Of a DNA stretch of 64,000 nucleotides, positions 12,278 to 24,162 are shown one piece after another. Made by a program: the position numbers and the translations under genes. Origin of the DNA: Selaginella moellendorffii (lineage: Eukaryota; Plantae; Lycopodiophyta); assembly GCF_000143415.4 (NCBI RefSeq), contig NW_003314272.1, positions 654,184 through 718,183 of the forward strand, in the 5' to 3' direction. Every line of letters begins with the position of its first letter. Position 1 is the first letter of the stretch. The notes under the pieces were generated by a model. The model saw nothing but the letters and a program-made list of their open reading frames with translations, did not search any database and was not told the DNA's origin.

Positions 12278-13400
12278 TGTAAGCCACAAATTTTTCCTTT
12301 ACAATTTGCCAGCTTACCTCGTCTATCTGACTAACACTGCCTTGGCTTGTGCTAAGTTCCCTCGCCAAGGTTCTCGCCTATTGCACCAGCTCCTACTTGG
12401 TCCTACTTGGTTTCAACTACTCACTGCACAAGCAACAGAGAGTTAGCCTTCCATCCACGAATTCCCAAATCTCTCCCAATCCCCTCCCCAGGTTAGACTG
12501 GACTTAAGGTTCGGCTACACTCCCCGCAGGCACAAGAAGCCAAGCACACCAAGCCTCCAGGTTTCTAACACCCCTTGGTACAACAAGACTTGATCATGGG
12601 ACCCTCTAAATCCCAAGCCTTGGGTGCAACACTTGCTTCGAGACATCGGGGCGAAACACTGTGGCCTAACGGCCCGGTATGGGTACCTCTACCCCCCCAC
12701 TTCCATCCCGAAGGGAAGGCCCAAGCCCCTAGGAAGGGCAAGGACCAATGAGCCACAAGGTACTCAAGTGGAGCACCACTCCACATGAGCCGAGAACACC
12801 GCAATTGGTTTCCCTTTCGGGAGTGGGAGCTGCTCTTGAGCACTTCCCTGGGTGGCCCCTCCGGCACCACCCAAGCCCATGCTCACTCCCACCCAAGGCC
12901 CCTCGGCCCCAATCTCAACCTCAAGTCAGTTTGGAAGCACCACTGGAGAGTTCCTTCAAGATTGGTTCCTGGACCTCACTATCCTTACTATACTTTTGGA
13001 ACCCCCTACAGCCCCCCCCCCTGGGAGACGCACGCTTTGGGCTTTCACCCCTTGACCCATATTAGTATTTGGACTTAGTCTAGAATTTGATCTCGGACTC
13101 GATCTCGGACCCGACTTCGGACTCGGTCTCGGACTCGATCTCGGACTCAATCTCGGACCCAATCTCGGACTCGACTTCGGACTCGACCTCGGACTCAGTC
13201 TCGGACCCGATTTGGATCTCAAACTTGGTCTTGAACTCGGTCTCCGATTCGGCCTCGGACTCGATCCCGGACTCTATCTCGAACTCGGTCTCAGAGTCGG
13301 TCTTGGACTCGATCTTCGACTCAATCCCATCCGATGAACTCTTTGTCATTTCGGTCATGCTTTCGGGGATCCTTTAGCCTCAGGGAGTCGGTTCCTTACA
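12278..13400 (-). repeat. 3' LTR of the chromovirus
   Basis: tgtaagcc...ttccttaca; aligns with 18615-19783 at roughly 5% divergence by eye. Confidence 0.96.
13088..13322. repeat. Hexamer/dodecamer tandem array (TCGGAC TCGATC)n in the 3' LTR
   Basis: Directly visible; a second copy lies at 19432-19706. Confidence 0.9.
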
Positions 13401-13412
13401 ACTCCACCACCC
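13401..13412 (-). other. Polypurine tract of the chromovirus
   Basis: Minus-strand GGGTGGTGGAGT abuts the 3' LTR. Confidence 0.75.
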
Positions 13413-14165
13413 ATAGAAGAAGTTCAATGCCCACATCGAACGTCTCTTTTTATCCTATGACTTGTTGACCATGTCTTCAGGGGCATCCCCCCACTTAGCA
13501 GTGTGCCTAAGTTAGCCTCCCCGGCCAAGAGCCCATGACAACGGAGTACAGGTGTCCCTATACCCCTCACCTCACCACGCCCTAGTATGGGGTCGGGACT
13601 TGAACCCAGCCTTGCTTTACTAGGGGGTTGGGACTCTGTAGAATACGTCCACGGATTCGACATCCCCGCGGGGAGTCGGGCGTAATGCCCTACGCCTGGT
13701 CGACCTAGCTAACCCATGCTAATTAGCTTACCTTTGGCGCGCCTTTGGGTCCCAACATATGCCATTGCTCAACTTCACAAATTGATATTTTAATTGAACT
13801 TTGCATAAGTACATAGAGTTCTGCCTTGCAGAAATTCCTCCACTAGATCTCGTGCATTCGCTAGGTCTGGTTCCTATGTTGCTTCGCAGTGTGGAAATCC
13901 TTTCCACTTCACATGGAACTCTCTCACCTCGCGTCCTTGTCGCTTGCTCTTGCATGCATTGAGGATGGCCTCAACTTCGTATTCCTCTTCCCCTTGGATA
14001 ACCTCAGGTAAAGGTCTTACTTGGTCCTTGTGAAGCGGATCCTCAAAGTACGGTTTGAGTAAGTTCATGTGGAACACTGGGTGCATCTTCCCCATCTCTC
14101 GAGGAAGTCGGAGAAGGTAAGCCACTTTACCGATTAGTGCCTCAATCTCATAAGGCCCCGCGAAC

Positions 14166-14217
14166 CTGCTTAAGGAACTCAAGATCAATTCATTTACAGG
14201 AATACATGCATTTTTAC
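14166..14217 (-). other. Predicted spliceosomal intron 2 in the integrase (52 nt, GT-AG)
   Basis: AG|GTAAAA...TTAAGCAG|G. Removal restores RKLTQRFAGPY. Confidence 0.85.
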
Positions 14218-14635
14218 CTTTGGGTCAACTTCCGGCTAATCCCACTTGGTAGCCTGAGGTTCTTGGTGTTCAGCCACACCTTCTCCCCAGCATGGAACTC
14301 TACATCCTGACGCTTCTGGTTCGCGTACTTGGTTTGCCTTTGTTGAGCTCGTTCCAAGGAATCCCTCACTAGATTCCAGATGTTGAGTCTTTCCACCGTG
14401 AATGCCTCCACTGCGGGTAACTCTCCATGATACTCGGCCACGCCAAGTTCCACAGGACCTTCAATAGCTTACCCATTGATGACTTCCCATGAACTCACCC
14501 CGATACTCAAATGTGGTGAGTTGTTATAACACATTTCCGCAAGTCCCAAATGACTTACCCAATCGGTCTGGTCTCCCGAGACATAGCATCTCAAATAATC
14601 CTCCAGCTGCCTATTCACCCTTTCCGTTTGTCCGT

Positions 14636-14682
14636 TTGTCAAAAAGTGTTAGTGCCATCCAACTTGACTTAATACCCCATAC
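14636..14682 (-). other. Predicted spliceosomal intron 1 in the integrase (47 nt; 3' AG mutated to AA)
   Basis: GTATGG donor, CACTAAC branch point, TTTTTGACAA end. Removal restores AYHPHTDGQTERVNR. Confidence 0.75.
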
Positions 14683-17600
14683 CTGTATGTGGGTGGTAGG
14701 CTGTGCTGAATTTCAACTTGGTGCGATATTGTTCTAGAAGAGTTCTTCAGAACCTACTAGTGAAGATCTTATCTTGATCTGAGATAATCTCTTCTGGCCT
14801 TCCCCGTACTCGAACCACTTGTTCGAAGAACAGCTTTGCCACACCTTCCGCATCCACTTCCGTTGTGGTGGGTATGAAATGTGCCATCTTCGAAAATCGG
14901 TCTACCACCACGAATATCGCATCAAACCCCTCGCTTGGGGGGAGTCCCGTGATGAAGTCCATCGTAAGATATTTCCACGGATGATCTGGAATTGGGATGC
15001 TTTGCAACAAGCCCCCACTAGCCTTAGTCACGGCTTTTACCTGCTAACATGTTGGACATGTCTTTACATAGTCTTGGACGTCCTTAGCCATATCTGGCCA
15101 GTGATACTTCCTCTTGAGTAAGCCAATCGTCTTGGGCACTCCGCCGTGTCCCGCAAGAGGTCCATCATGACACTCTTCTAAGGCTACCTTCCTTAGTTCC
15201 CCTTCTGGAACATACACCCTCATTTGTTTATAATAGATGAGTCCGTTGCATTCCACATAGCCCGTTTTCTCTTCCGTTGGCAGCTCACCTCTTTGGTGAG
15301 CTTCCCATGCCTCTAGATTCCTTAGCAACACTTCTTGTGCTAGACCATCATTCTCATATGCTGTCCGCACATCGTCCCAGAAGGTTACTGTCACATTGGA
15401 TATCGCCAACTTCAAGCTTGCTTTTCGACTTAGCGCATCTACCACGATGTTGCTCTTCCAGGCTTGTACAGGATTTCGCAATCAAACTCAGCCAAGGCAT
15501 TGGCCCACCGACCCTGTTTCCCTCTTAGGTCGGGCTGTGACAAGAAGTGTTTCGTTGCCACATTGTCCGTGTAAACCTTGAAGTGTCTCCCAAGGCAGTG
15601 TTGCCACTCCTTGAGCGCCTTGACCACCGCAAACAATTTCTTCTCGTGGGCAGGCCACTTCCTTTGAGCCTTGTCCAACTTCTTCAAGAATAATGCTACT
15701 GGATGGTTGTCTTGCTTCAAAACTGCACCCAACGCAAAGTCCGAAGCATCTGTTTCTACCTCAAAGTCCTTACCAAAGTCTGGTAATGCCAACACGGGAG
15801 CCTTCCTCAACTTCCCTTTGAGGTGGATGAATGCCACCTCACATTCCGCTGTCCATACCATCTTCCCTTTTCCTGTTTGGTCCGTTAAGGGTAGGGCTAC
15901 TCTCGAATAGTGTCTGATAAACTTTCGATAGTAGTTGCATAGCCCCAAAAATGCCCTCAACTCATGTACATTCGATGGTCGCTCCCATTCCTGGATCGCT
16001 TGGACCTTCTCCGGGTCCACCTTGAGCCCGTCCTGGCCCACCACATGCCCGAGAAACTTTACCTCTTGTTGAGCAAAGTCACATTTGCTCTCTTTAGCAT
16101 ACAGTTTGTGTTCCCTTAGTTTCTCAAACACCTTCGCCAAGTGTTCGGCATGCTCCTCTAGCATCTCGCTATAGATCAGGATGTCGTCAATATAGACGAC
16201 CACGAAGTGATCCAGATAGGGTACAAAGATGTGGTTCATCAGTGCTAAAAACGTTGCTGGCGCATTACATAGCCCGAAGGGCATCACTAGAAACTCAAAG
16301 CTCCCATACCTTGTTCGACAGGTTGTCTTCTCGACATCTTCCTCGGCTACCCTGATCTGGTAATATCCTGACCTTAGGTCAATCCTCGAGAAGTATTTTG
16401 CCTTTCCTAACCTATCGAACAGGTCCTCAATCCTTGGCAAAGGGTACTTGTTCTTCTTTGTATACTTATTGAGCAACCGGTAGTCTATGCACATGCGCAT
16501 AGATCCATCTTTCTTTTTCACAAATAACACCAGCGCCCCATATGGCAACTTGCTCAATTTAACATACCCTTTGTCCACCAACTCCTTTAGTTGGCTCTTG
16601 AGCTCCTTGAGTTCTTTTTCGTTCAAACAATAGAGGGGACGAACCACCGCCTCAGCACCCTCGACCAGCTCAATCTTATGTTCTATTAGTCGTGCGGGGG
16701 GCAACCCCGCCGGTAGCTCCTCTGGCATGGTATCCTGGAATTGGTCTAACAAACGCTGGATCACTAAAGGTACTTTTTCTGTTCCTATCTTTTTGTCACT
16801 CTTCACCGAGAGTAAGCACAAAAATGCTGCCTTAGTTCCTTTAGTGAGTTGTCCTCTCGTAGATACCAGGTTTAAGCAGGAATATTTGGCCTTGCTTTGC
16901 CCTACCTTTAGATCCTGGGCCTTCACCCTAGATCTTCTTCCTTGGGCATTTGCCAGTACCACAAGGTTTCTACCTTGTCCATGTAGGGCTACCACGAATC
17001 GGTTGAACCAATCCATTCCGAAGATCACGTCAAATCCCGCCATGTCCAATACGGTGAAATCCATGTCCACCTTCCAAGTCCCCACTTCAACTCTCGCTTG
17101 TCGAAGTACCTCATCAGTGCTTTGGCTACCTTGAACAAACTCTATAGTCCTTGGTTCGCCTAGCCGCTGCATCGTTAGTCCGGCTTGCCAGACTATGTCT
17201 GCAGCCACAAAATTATCCGAAGCACCCATGTCAATAAGGATCTTAACAAAGCTACCTCCGAGCTTCCCTTGGAGGGCCAGTAGATGTCGCGAATGACTCT
17301 CTACCAAAGTTGCTCGTGTAATGAGTAACTTTGAGTTAGGGACTGGATCACATACCTCAATTTGGACTTCACCCGACTTGATGGCCATATTGGCTCTGGC
17401 CTTCTTCGGGTAGGGACATTCCCTCGAAAAGTGTCCCACTTCACCATAGTTGTAGCATATGTTGTTTCCCACGCTGCTATATGACTTGACCTTCTTATCC
17501 GTGGGTTTGTCTCTTTTCGCTTGACTCCCCCATGTACTCGCTAGCTGGCCACCGGATTTGCCTTTCCGGAACCCCGAGGACTCATTCTTAGAGAAACTCT

Positions 17601-18598
17601 TCTTGAATTTCCCTCGGCTATACGTTCCCCTTGGTTTGGCCCCTTTGCTAAATGTGGACCCCGACCCCGTCGTGTTTCCCTTTCGTAGGTTATCGTTGAA
17701 ATGCACCTTGATGGCCGCATCCAACGCTTCCTTGTAGTTGGTCGGGTTCCACCACATCATCTCACCGCAAGCCCAAGTTTGCAAACCTGATATGAAGGCA
17801 TGGAATGCATCTATATCCCCCATGTCCGTGACAAGTATCCTTTTGGCCATAAACCCATTCACATACTCCTGAATGGTTCCAGTCTGCTTCAGCCTACTCA
17901 GCTCGTCTCTTAGATGCAGAGTAGCATTCGGAGGAACATGAGTCACGCGGATCCTCGCCTTTATCATTTCCCAAGTGGCCACCGGTCCTTCGTTGGCCTC
18001 TGTCATTCTCCACCAAGACTTGGCATTATTTGCCAAGTATGGTTTTGCATATGGGACCTTCTCCGAGCTTGGTAACCGCAATGCTCAGAAGTAGTCCTCC
18101 ATATCATAAAACCAATCCTCTACCACCTTATAGTCATTCACTCCCTTGAAGACCGGTGGGGGCTTTGGTTTGTACTTGGGAACTGCCTGAGGGACTGATT
18201 CCACTTCAGTCTGTTTGACCTTGTTTGGTTCTGCCTCGGTCCCTACCGAAGGGTCCGCACCCTCTGCGCTGCCAGCATCCGCAGTCTTTCGCTTTTTCTT
18301 TCGCTTCTCGTCACGCTTTAACTTGCGTACGAGAGTCTCTAGCGGGGCATTGGTTTGTGCCAATTGTCCTTCTAGAACATCCAATCGAGCCTTGGACGAC
18401 CGAACCTCACCACCAGACTCCTGTTTGGAAGTTGCCTCACTAGAGTCCTCCTCATGCAAGGATTCCTCATCCATAGCCTCTTGTTCGACCAGAGGCTCCA
18501 GCTCTGGAGGAGGTTTCGTCTCCGCCTGGGTTCACTTACGTCCTGCCCTTGCCATCTCCCAGCAATCCGCCTCTATCCTTCACTAGAACTGAGGAAGA

Positions 18599-18611
18599 GG
18601 CTCCGATACCA
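18599..18611 (-). other. Primer binding site (tRNA-iMet)
   Basis: Minus-strand TGGTATCGGAGCC lies 3 nt inside the 5' LTR boundary. Confidence 0.9.
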
Positions 18612-18614
18612 AAT

Positions 18615-19783
18615 TGTAAGCCACAAATTTTTCCTTTCCAATTTGCCAGCTTACCTCGTCTATCCGATCAACACTGCCTTAGCTTGTGCTAAGTTCCCTC
18701 GCCAAGGTTCTCGCCTATTGCACCAACTCCTACTTGGTCCTACTTAGTTTCAGCTACTCATTGCACAAGCAACGGAGAGTTAGCCTTCCATCCACAGATT
18801 CCCAAATCTCTCATAATCCCCCTCCCCGGGTTAGACTGGACTTAAGGTTCGGCTACACTCCCCACAGGCACAAGCAGCCAAGCACACCAAGCCTCCAGGT
18901 TCCTAACACCCCTTGGTACAACAAGACTTGATCATGGGACCCTCTAAATCCCAAGCCTTGGGTGCAACACTTGCTTCGGGACATCGGGGCAAAACACCGT
19001 GGCCTAACGGCCCAGTATGGGTACCTCTACCCCCCCACTTCCATCCCGAAGGGAAGGCCCAAGCCCCTAGGAAGGGCGAGGACCAATGAGCCACAAGGTA
19101 CTCAAGTGGGGCACCACTCCACATGAGCCGGGAGCACTGCAGTCGGTTTCCCTTTCGGGAGTGGGAGCTGCTCTTGAGCACTTCCCTGGGTGGCCCCTCC
19201 GGTGCCACCCAAGCCCATGCTCACTCCCACCCAAGGCCCCTTGGCCTCAATCTCAACCTCAAGTCAGTTTGGAAGCACCACTGGAGAGTTCCTTCAAGAC
19301 TGGTTCCTGGACCTCATTATCCCTACTATACTTTTGGAACCCCCTGCAGCCCCCCCCCCCCCCCCCCCTGGGAAACGCACGCTTTGGGCTTTCACCCCTT
19401 AACCCGTATTAGTATTTGGACTTAGTCTAGAATTCGATCTCGGACTCGATCTCGGACTCGATCTCGGACCCGACTTCGGACTCGGTCTCGGACTCAATCT
19501 CGGACTCAATCTCGGACCCGATCTCGGACTCGACTTCGGACTTGACCTCGGACTCAATCTCAGACCCGATTTGGATCTCGGACTCTATCTCGATCTCGGT
19601 CTCGAACTCGATCTTGAACTCGGTCTCCAATTTGGCCTCGGACTCGATCCCGAACTCTATCTCGAACTCGGTCTCAGAGTCGGTCTTGGACTCGATCTTC
19701 GACTCGGTCCCATCCGATAAACTCTTTGTCATTTCAGTCATACTTTCGGGGATCCTTTAGCCTCGGGGAGTCGGTTCCTTACA
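18615..19783 (-). repeat. 5' LTR of the chromovirus
   Basis: Direct repeat of 12278-13400 with a longer hexamer array and poly-C tract. Confidence 0.96.
19432..19706. repeat. Hexamer/dodecamer tandem array in the 5' LTR
   Basis: Same unit as 13088-13322, with more copies. Confidence 0.9.
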
Positions 19784-20332
19784 ATTTTTTTCAATATAAC
19801 TATGGGATATTGCTCATTAGAGTTATAAAGCTGTGATATAATATTCTAAAAAAATATTATAGAATTTTTTTATATTTGAAATGAAGGATTCCTAATAGTT
19901 AGATAGGTTTATTACCAATTCTTTGTATATAAACTACCCTAACATGTTAAAGCAATTATCAATATAGCTAATAGTTTTATGTTTTCTTTTCATTTCATTT
20001 TAGCATTTATAATAAAATATATTTATCATCTATGCAAGATAAAAAAACACATAAAATTAATGTGCAAACTAAATTTTTAAAATGCTACAGTTTATAACTT
20101 GTTTTCTAGCTTTGGTCGCAACTTTTTTTACAATTTCCTATTGTTTATGCCCTTAACTTTATCTTGTGTCTAGATCTGTCCTCTATGTGCTACACAAACT
20201 TAAGCACATTTATATTCATTAAACCTTGATTATAAACGAATTCGAGAAAAGTGTAAATCACAACTGTTTAAATAAACAAATATCCAAGAATATGCCTGAA
20301 TATTCTAGAAACTCGGCATTTTCCTAGGGTTT

Positions 20333-22987
20333 ATGCCAATGATAGAGTTTCTTGAGGGTGCAATCGCGTCCCCGAGGTTCTCCAATGTCGCTGTCCCAGC
20401 GGCTGCTGTGAGCCAGGCATGGAGTCGTCTACGCGCGCCTGGCCAGGAGATCGGGATTATAGAAGAATCGCTCCGGTTGCTGGCGGAGAACAAGAAATCC
20501 TTGCATGTCGGGGAAGCGCAGGTCAGATTCTTGCTTTCTATGCTCGCCGTGGCCAGGGATGCGAATTATCCCAGGATATTGGGCACGGTGTGGGCTTGGG
20601 CAGCGCTGGTGATCAGCGTTTGGGTCCGGCGGTCTCTTCTTAACTCAGTTTCCACTGCCAGCGCCAGTGTTGCCGCGACGCTGGACAGTGTGGCACGGAC
20701 GTACTGCGAGATTTTGCAAGACGAGGCCGTGGGCTCGTGCTCTTGTTGCCAGTCGATCCTTTTGCTAGGGGCAGTGTGCGCTACGCGAGAATGCCGCGAC
20801 GAGACGAGGAGGAGATGCCAGGCAGCGATCGTCGAAGAGCTTGGCAAAAGGAAGGAGAGAATTGCCACATCTTCGTCACTGCCGGAGGCCCTGGCTGGTG
20901 TTGGCTATGCGGTGATGGGCTCTTGGGAGGATTATAGTTCCGTACCTTCTATCATGACAGGGAGCTTGATTTTTCTCTGGACGATGCCGGTGGATCGTGA
21001 GAGTTTGGAAGATGGAGGAGGGGGAGCTGGCGAGAGAAAAGATTTCCAGCCACGGCCGTCTTTAGATTCTTGCGCCATGCTCTTGAAGCTATACGAGTTT
21101 TTAGGAGCTTGGGCGAGAGAGCAGCGGGTTTTGGAAGCTTTGTGCGAACCATTGGTGAGCCGTGATTCTGGAGCTCTGCCGGAGGTTAGGAATGCGAAGG
21201 TGGCGATAGCAGCAGGCTTGCTCCGTGGATCCAGATGGCAGCAAAGCTTGCTTCCCCTGAAGAAGAGCTTGGAGTCTATGATCTTAGCTCTAGCAAGTCA
21301 GCTGCTACAAGAGATTTGCGAGAGTGGACAACTTACTCGCGAGCAGCTACTGCGATGCATTGAAGAGCACCGATCTTTGCCGATTTCGGACACCCAGCGG
21401 CACCAGCTGAGATGCATTGCGTTGTCGATGGTGAGTGGCAGGAAGTTTGAGGAGGCACAGCCGGAGCTTCTGCATTGTCTGGTGATCGTTCTTCTGGGAG
21501 ACGTCCTCGACGTCTCGCAGATTTATTCGCCACAGTCGTTGAGCATCCCCAAAATGGTCGCTGCTTTAGAGGCGCTCAAGACGCAGGCTGGCGGAGTTTT
21601 CTTCAGAGAGGTTGGATCGCTAGCACGCGCCGTTTGCGAGCATTATCGAGGAGTTAGCAGCTTTTACCAGCAGCAGATCGAGGCTCTCTTCTGGAAGTAC
21701 TCGTCGAAGCTGTACGAGAGGCACAGAGTCTTCTCAGCGGTGTTCTCCAAAGACCAGGTGCTCAAGGATGAGATGCAGAAGAGCAAAGACTTGGTCAAGG
21801 CTTTGGAGGCAGTGTTCCTGACGATAGTGCTGTTTTTCTCGAGCTCTGTGGATATGTTGCATGAGCGGGAAGAGCTGGCGGCCTATGTTCTGGATTCTTT
21901 CTCCTGCGTGGAGTTCCTAAGGCGTTTCCAAGTCGATGAGTACACCGACACTGTGAAGAAGTGCGCTCTGCTGGTTTCCGGAAGCCACAGAGCTTCATCG
22001 CAGCTTGTCGAGTTGCTCCCTTCGTATGAGCGTGTAATCTCCTGGCCTGGTACGTACCTCTACTTCCTTTTTTCGTTATTGTTTTTTTTTCTTATGTGCT
22101 TTTTCATGCAAAGACTTGTGCAGGTAGTTCTATTCTCGAGAATCCAGATTATAGCTGGTGTCTTGACGATGTTCAGACCAGTCGGATCCAGTTCCACTTT
22201 CGGATCCTCTCTTCGTGCGTGCAGCAGCTGGACGCTAATAGCGTTGAGAGCGGCGTCGTGCCAATTCTTTTCCTGTGAGTTTGATTTTCCTGACGTTTTT
22301 TCGCTTAACTCGGAAATTTCTCAGGTATATTTGCCATCCATCGAAACAAGCAGCGGAAGCAGCCCACCAGTTATTCGCAAGCTTTTTGTCCCGGAGGGCA
22401 GATTCAGCACGCGAAGGATCTCTGGCGGAGCAGCTTGGAGTGTTTTATATCAACAGAGCAATGGAGGTATTTTCTTTGCTCTTCCTATTTTTTCTTCTGA
22501 CGCTTGAGTTGTACAGGGATATCCAGACTTCACTCCACTGGAAGGACTCGTCGCTGGAGTAGTGGAGATCGTCCGTTGCTTGCCCGCTGGAAGCGTAACC
22601 ATCCGCCATTGTATCGATCAACTCGTCTCCAAAACGCAACTCTTGATTGGCCTCCTCGGCGCTGGAGCTGCTAGCGACGAAGCCGTGGCTGCTATTCGAG
22701 CTCTGCTTCTTCACCTCCTCCTCATCGTCGACATACAGGTTCTCTTCTAAGTTTTCCAGTGCTTGACGAAGTTTCTTCAATCGCTCTTCCAGGTTCTTCC
22801 ACACTTGATGCAGAAGCTCTCCAAGCTCATACTAGCGTCTCTTCCATCACCAGCCGCCCAAGAAAAAGTTTTGGAGGAAGTGTTTGCTGTTGTCTCGACG
22901 TGCGAAGATCACATACGCAAGCCAGCTTTAGTGGCGTGGCTCCAGTCCTTGTGGTTCTTACATTCACAAGCTTCCCCTAGGCTGTAA
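20333..22987 (+). CDS. Conserved plant helical-repeat protein of unknown function (At1g73970-like), 5 exons
   Basis: Long first exon to 22049; introns ~22050-22123, 22275-22325, 22467-22517 and 22739-22792. Motifs QAWSRLR...LHVGEAQVRFLL and C-terminal DHIRKPALVAWLQSL recalled from the family. Confidence 0.75.
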
Positions 22988-23020
22988 TCAAATCACCTTT
23001 TGGTGGTATAAGAGTTAACA

Positions 23021-23118
23021 GAGGATGTGGACGAGCATTAGATCGACGAAGTCTCCATTGCTGCAGCAGTGATCGTAGCGCCAGGAAAAGGTCATGTCGT
23101 AGGCATCCACAAACCTTG
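23021..23118 (-). pseudogene. Duplicated 3' fragment of the SGNH/PC-esterase-like gene at 50581-52235
   Basis: Near-identical to 50605-50759 except for a 57-bp internal deletion. Confidence 0.85.
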
Positions 23119-24162
23119 GATAGAGCAGGATCGTGGAGACGAGCAAGAGGATGACGCAATGCGGGTCGCAACATCAACTCCAGTGGCCGGAATCTCAAGC
23201 ATCTTGTCCAAAAACCATGATAATTCTTTAAAAGGATATAAGGCTACGTATATTTCGGGATGATTGCGGCTTGTCCACAGACTTCCTTGTAAAGAGTCCG
23301 ACTTACTAGCGGTGTTGTCCCCTGGAACCCAATAGTTGGGCATAAGTGACACCCTGCGTGGGCTCTCATGACCTTTATAAAGAGGAGAAGGTTGATGAAT
23401 GGCAGCCCAGAATAAATTGCACAGGATCGTGGTTACAGACGGAAGCACGGAGAAATGCAATCTGTAAAAGCGTAAAGAAGTCGTTGCGTGCAACAAGATC
23501 CCAACGAAACTTGCATTACACTACAACGAAACCAAAACTTTCAAACTACACTGAATAATTCTGCTAAGTCGAGCAATAAGACGCACGATTACACTTTAGA
23601 ATCCATTTCATAAATTTTCGAGAGCCTGCAACAAATCAGCCTCAAAGATTCAACCTCTCTCGCTAACTCCAAGTAGGTGACCTGCCTGCTGATAAGCTGA
23701 AAGAAAAAAAAGAGTTTTTTCATGGTGGAGATGCTCTCGTCCCTGGGTAAGTTCCCAAGCTCTCTCACTTTCCATGAAAACTCCTCTCTTTATCCATCCT
23801 GTTGAAAGAGATCTCTTCGTTTTAAACCTGTCCCTGGACAACTTCTTCTTACAAGTTGCTAGCCAAAAGTCTTACTTTCTCAGCAGCACCGATGCCCGGC
23901 CGGCACCACCGCCGTCGCCGTCGCCGTCGCCACCACGGATAAAAAGATTGGTTAGGGTGTTCTCGCTGCCTACGATTCTCAGGTGGATCTAATTTACTTC
24001 CAACCAAATGCTGCTAGGGTTCTTCAGCTGGAAAAGGGATTTGACAGTGTGTAAAGGGAAGAGTGTGATTGCGCTTTGGTTCGGTGAGCATTTTCTGTAT
24101 TTTTGTTGGCGCCTCTGTCCTGGCAACATGATTGATTGTCTTCTCCATACAGAAGAAACTAA

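Larger units (their letters stand above)
13790..18555 (-). pseudogene. gag-pol polyprotein of the chromovirus, with two introns in the integrase
   Basis: Zn knuckle [14 protein letters not shown], protease LIDMGAS, RT YIDD, RNase H ETDASD, integrase HDGPLAGH..CPTC / MDFIT / SDQD / GQTER, GPY motif, chromodomain EYEVEAIL..VKWKGF. Several premature stops and one frameshift near 15455. Confidence 0.95.
12278..19783 (-). mobile_element. Full-length Ty3/gypsy chromovirus LTR retrotransposon (inactivated by point mutations)
   Basis: Two ~1.15-kb TG...CA LTRs, TSD ATTTT (12273-12277 and 19784-19788), tRNA-iMet PBS, PPT, and gag-PR-RT-RH-INT-chromodomain order. Confidence 0.97.

Noticed and set aside
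12565-13078. ORFs inside the LTRs (also 18903-19425)
   Set aside because: Overlapping frames in GC-rich LTR sequence with no recognisable domain; duplicated only because the LTRs are.
13088-13322. Regular array considered as CRISPR-like
   Set aside because: No unique spacers, eukaryotic context, and it is a simple hexamer array within LTRs.
13425-13487. Hammerhead-ribozyme-like pattern on the minus strand (ATGCCC-CTGAAGA...GAGAC...GT-GGGCAT)
   Set aside because: GAAA is GAGA, the cleavage nucleotide is missing and stem II does not close; too many core deviations.
13700-13815. Possible third intron downstream of the chromodomain (AT-rich tract; AAG|GTAAGC donor)
   Set aside because: No conserved protein motif is restored on removal and the acceptor is ambiguous.
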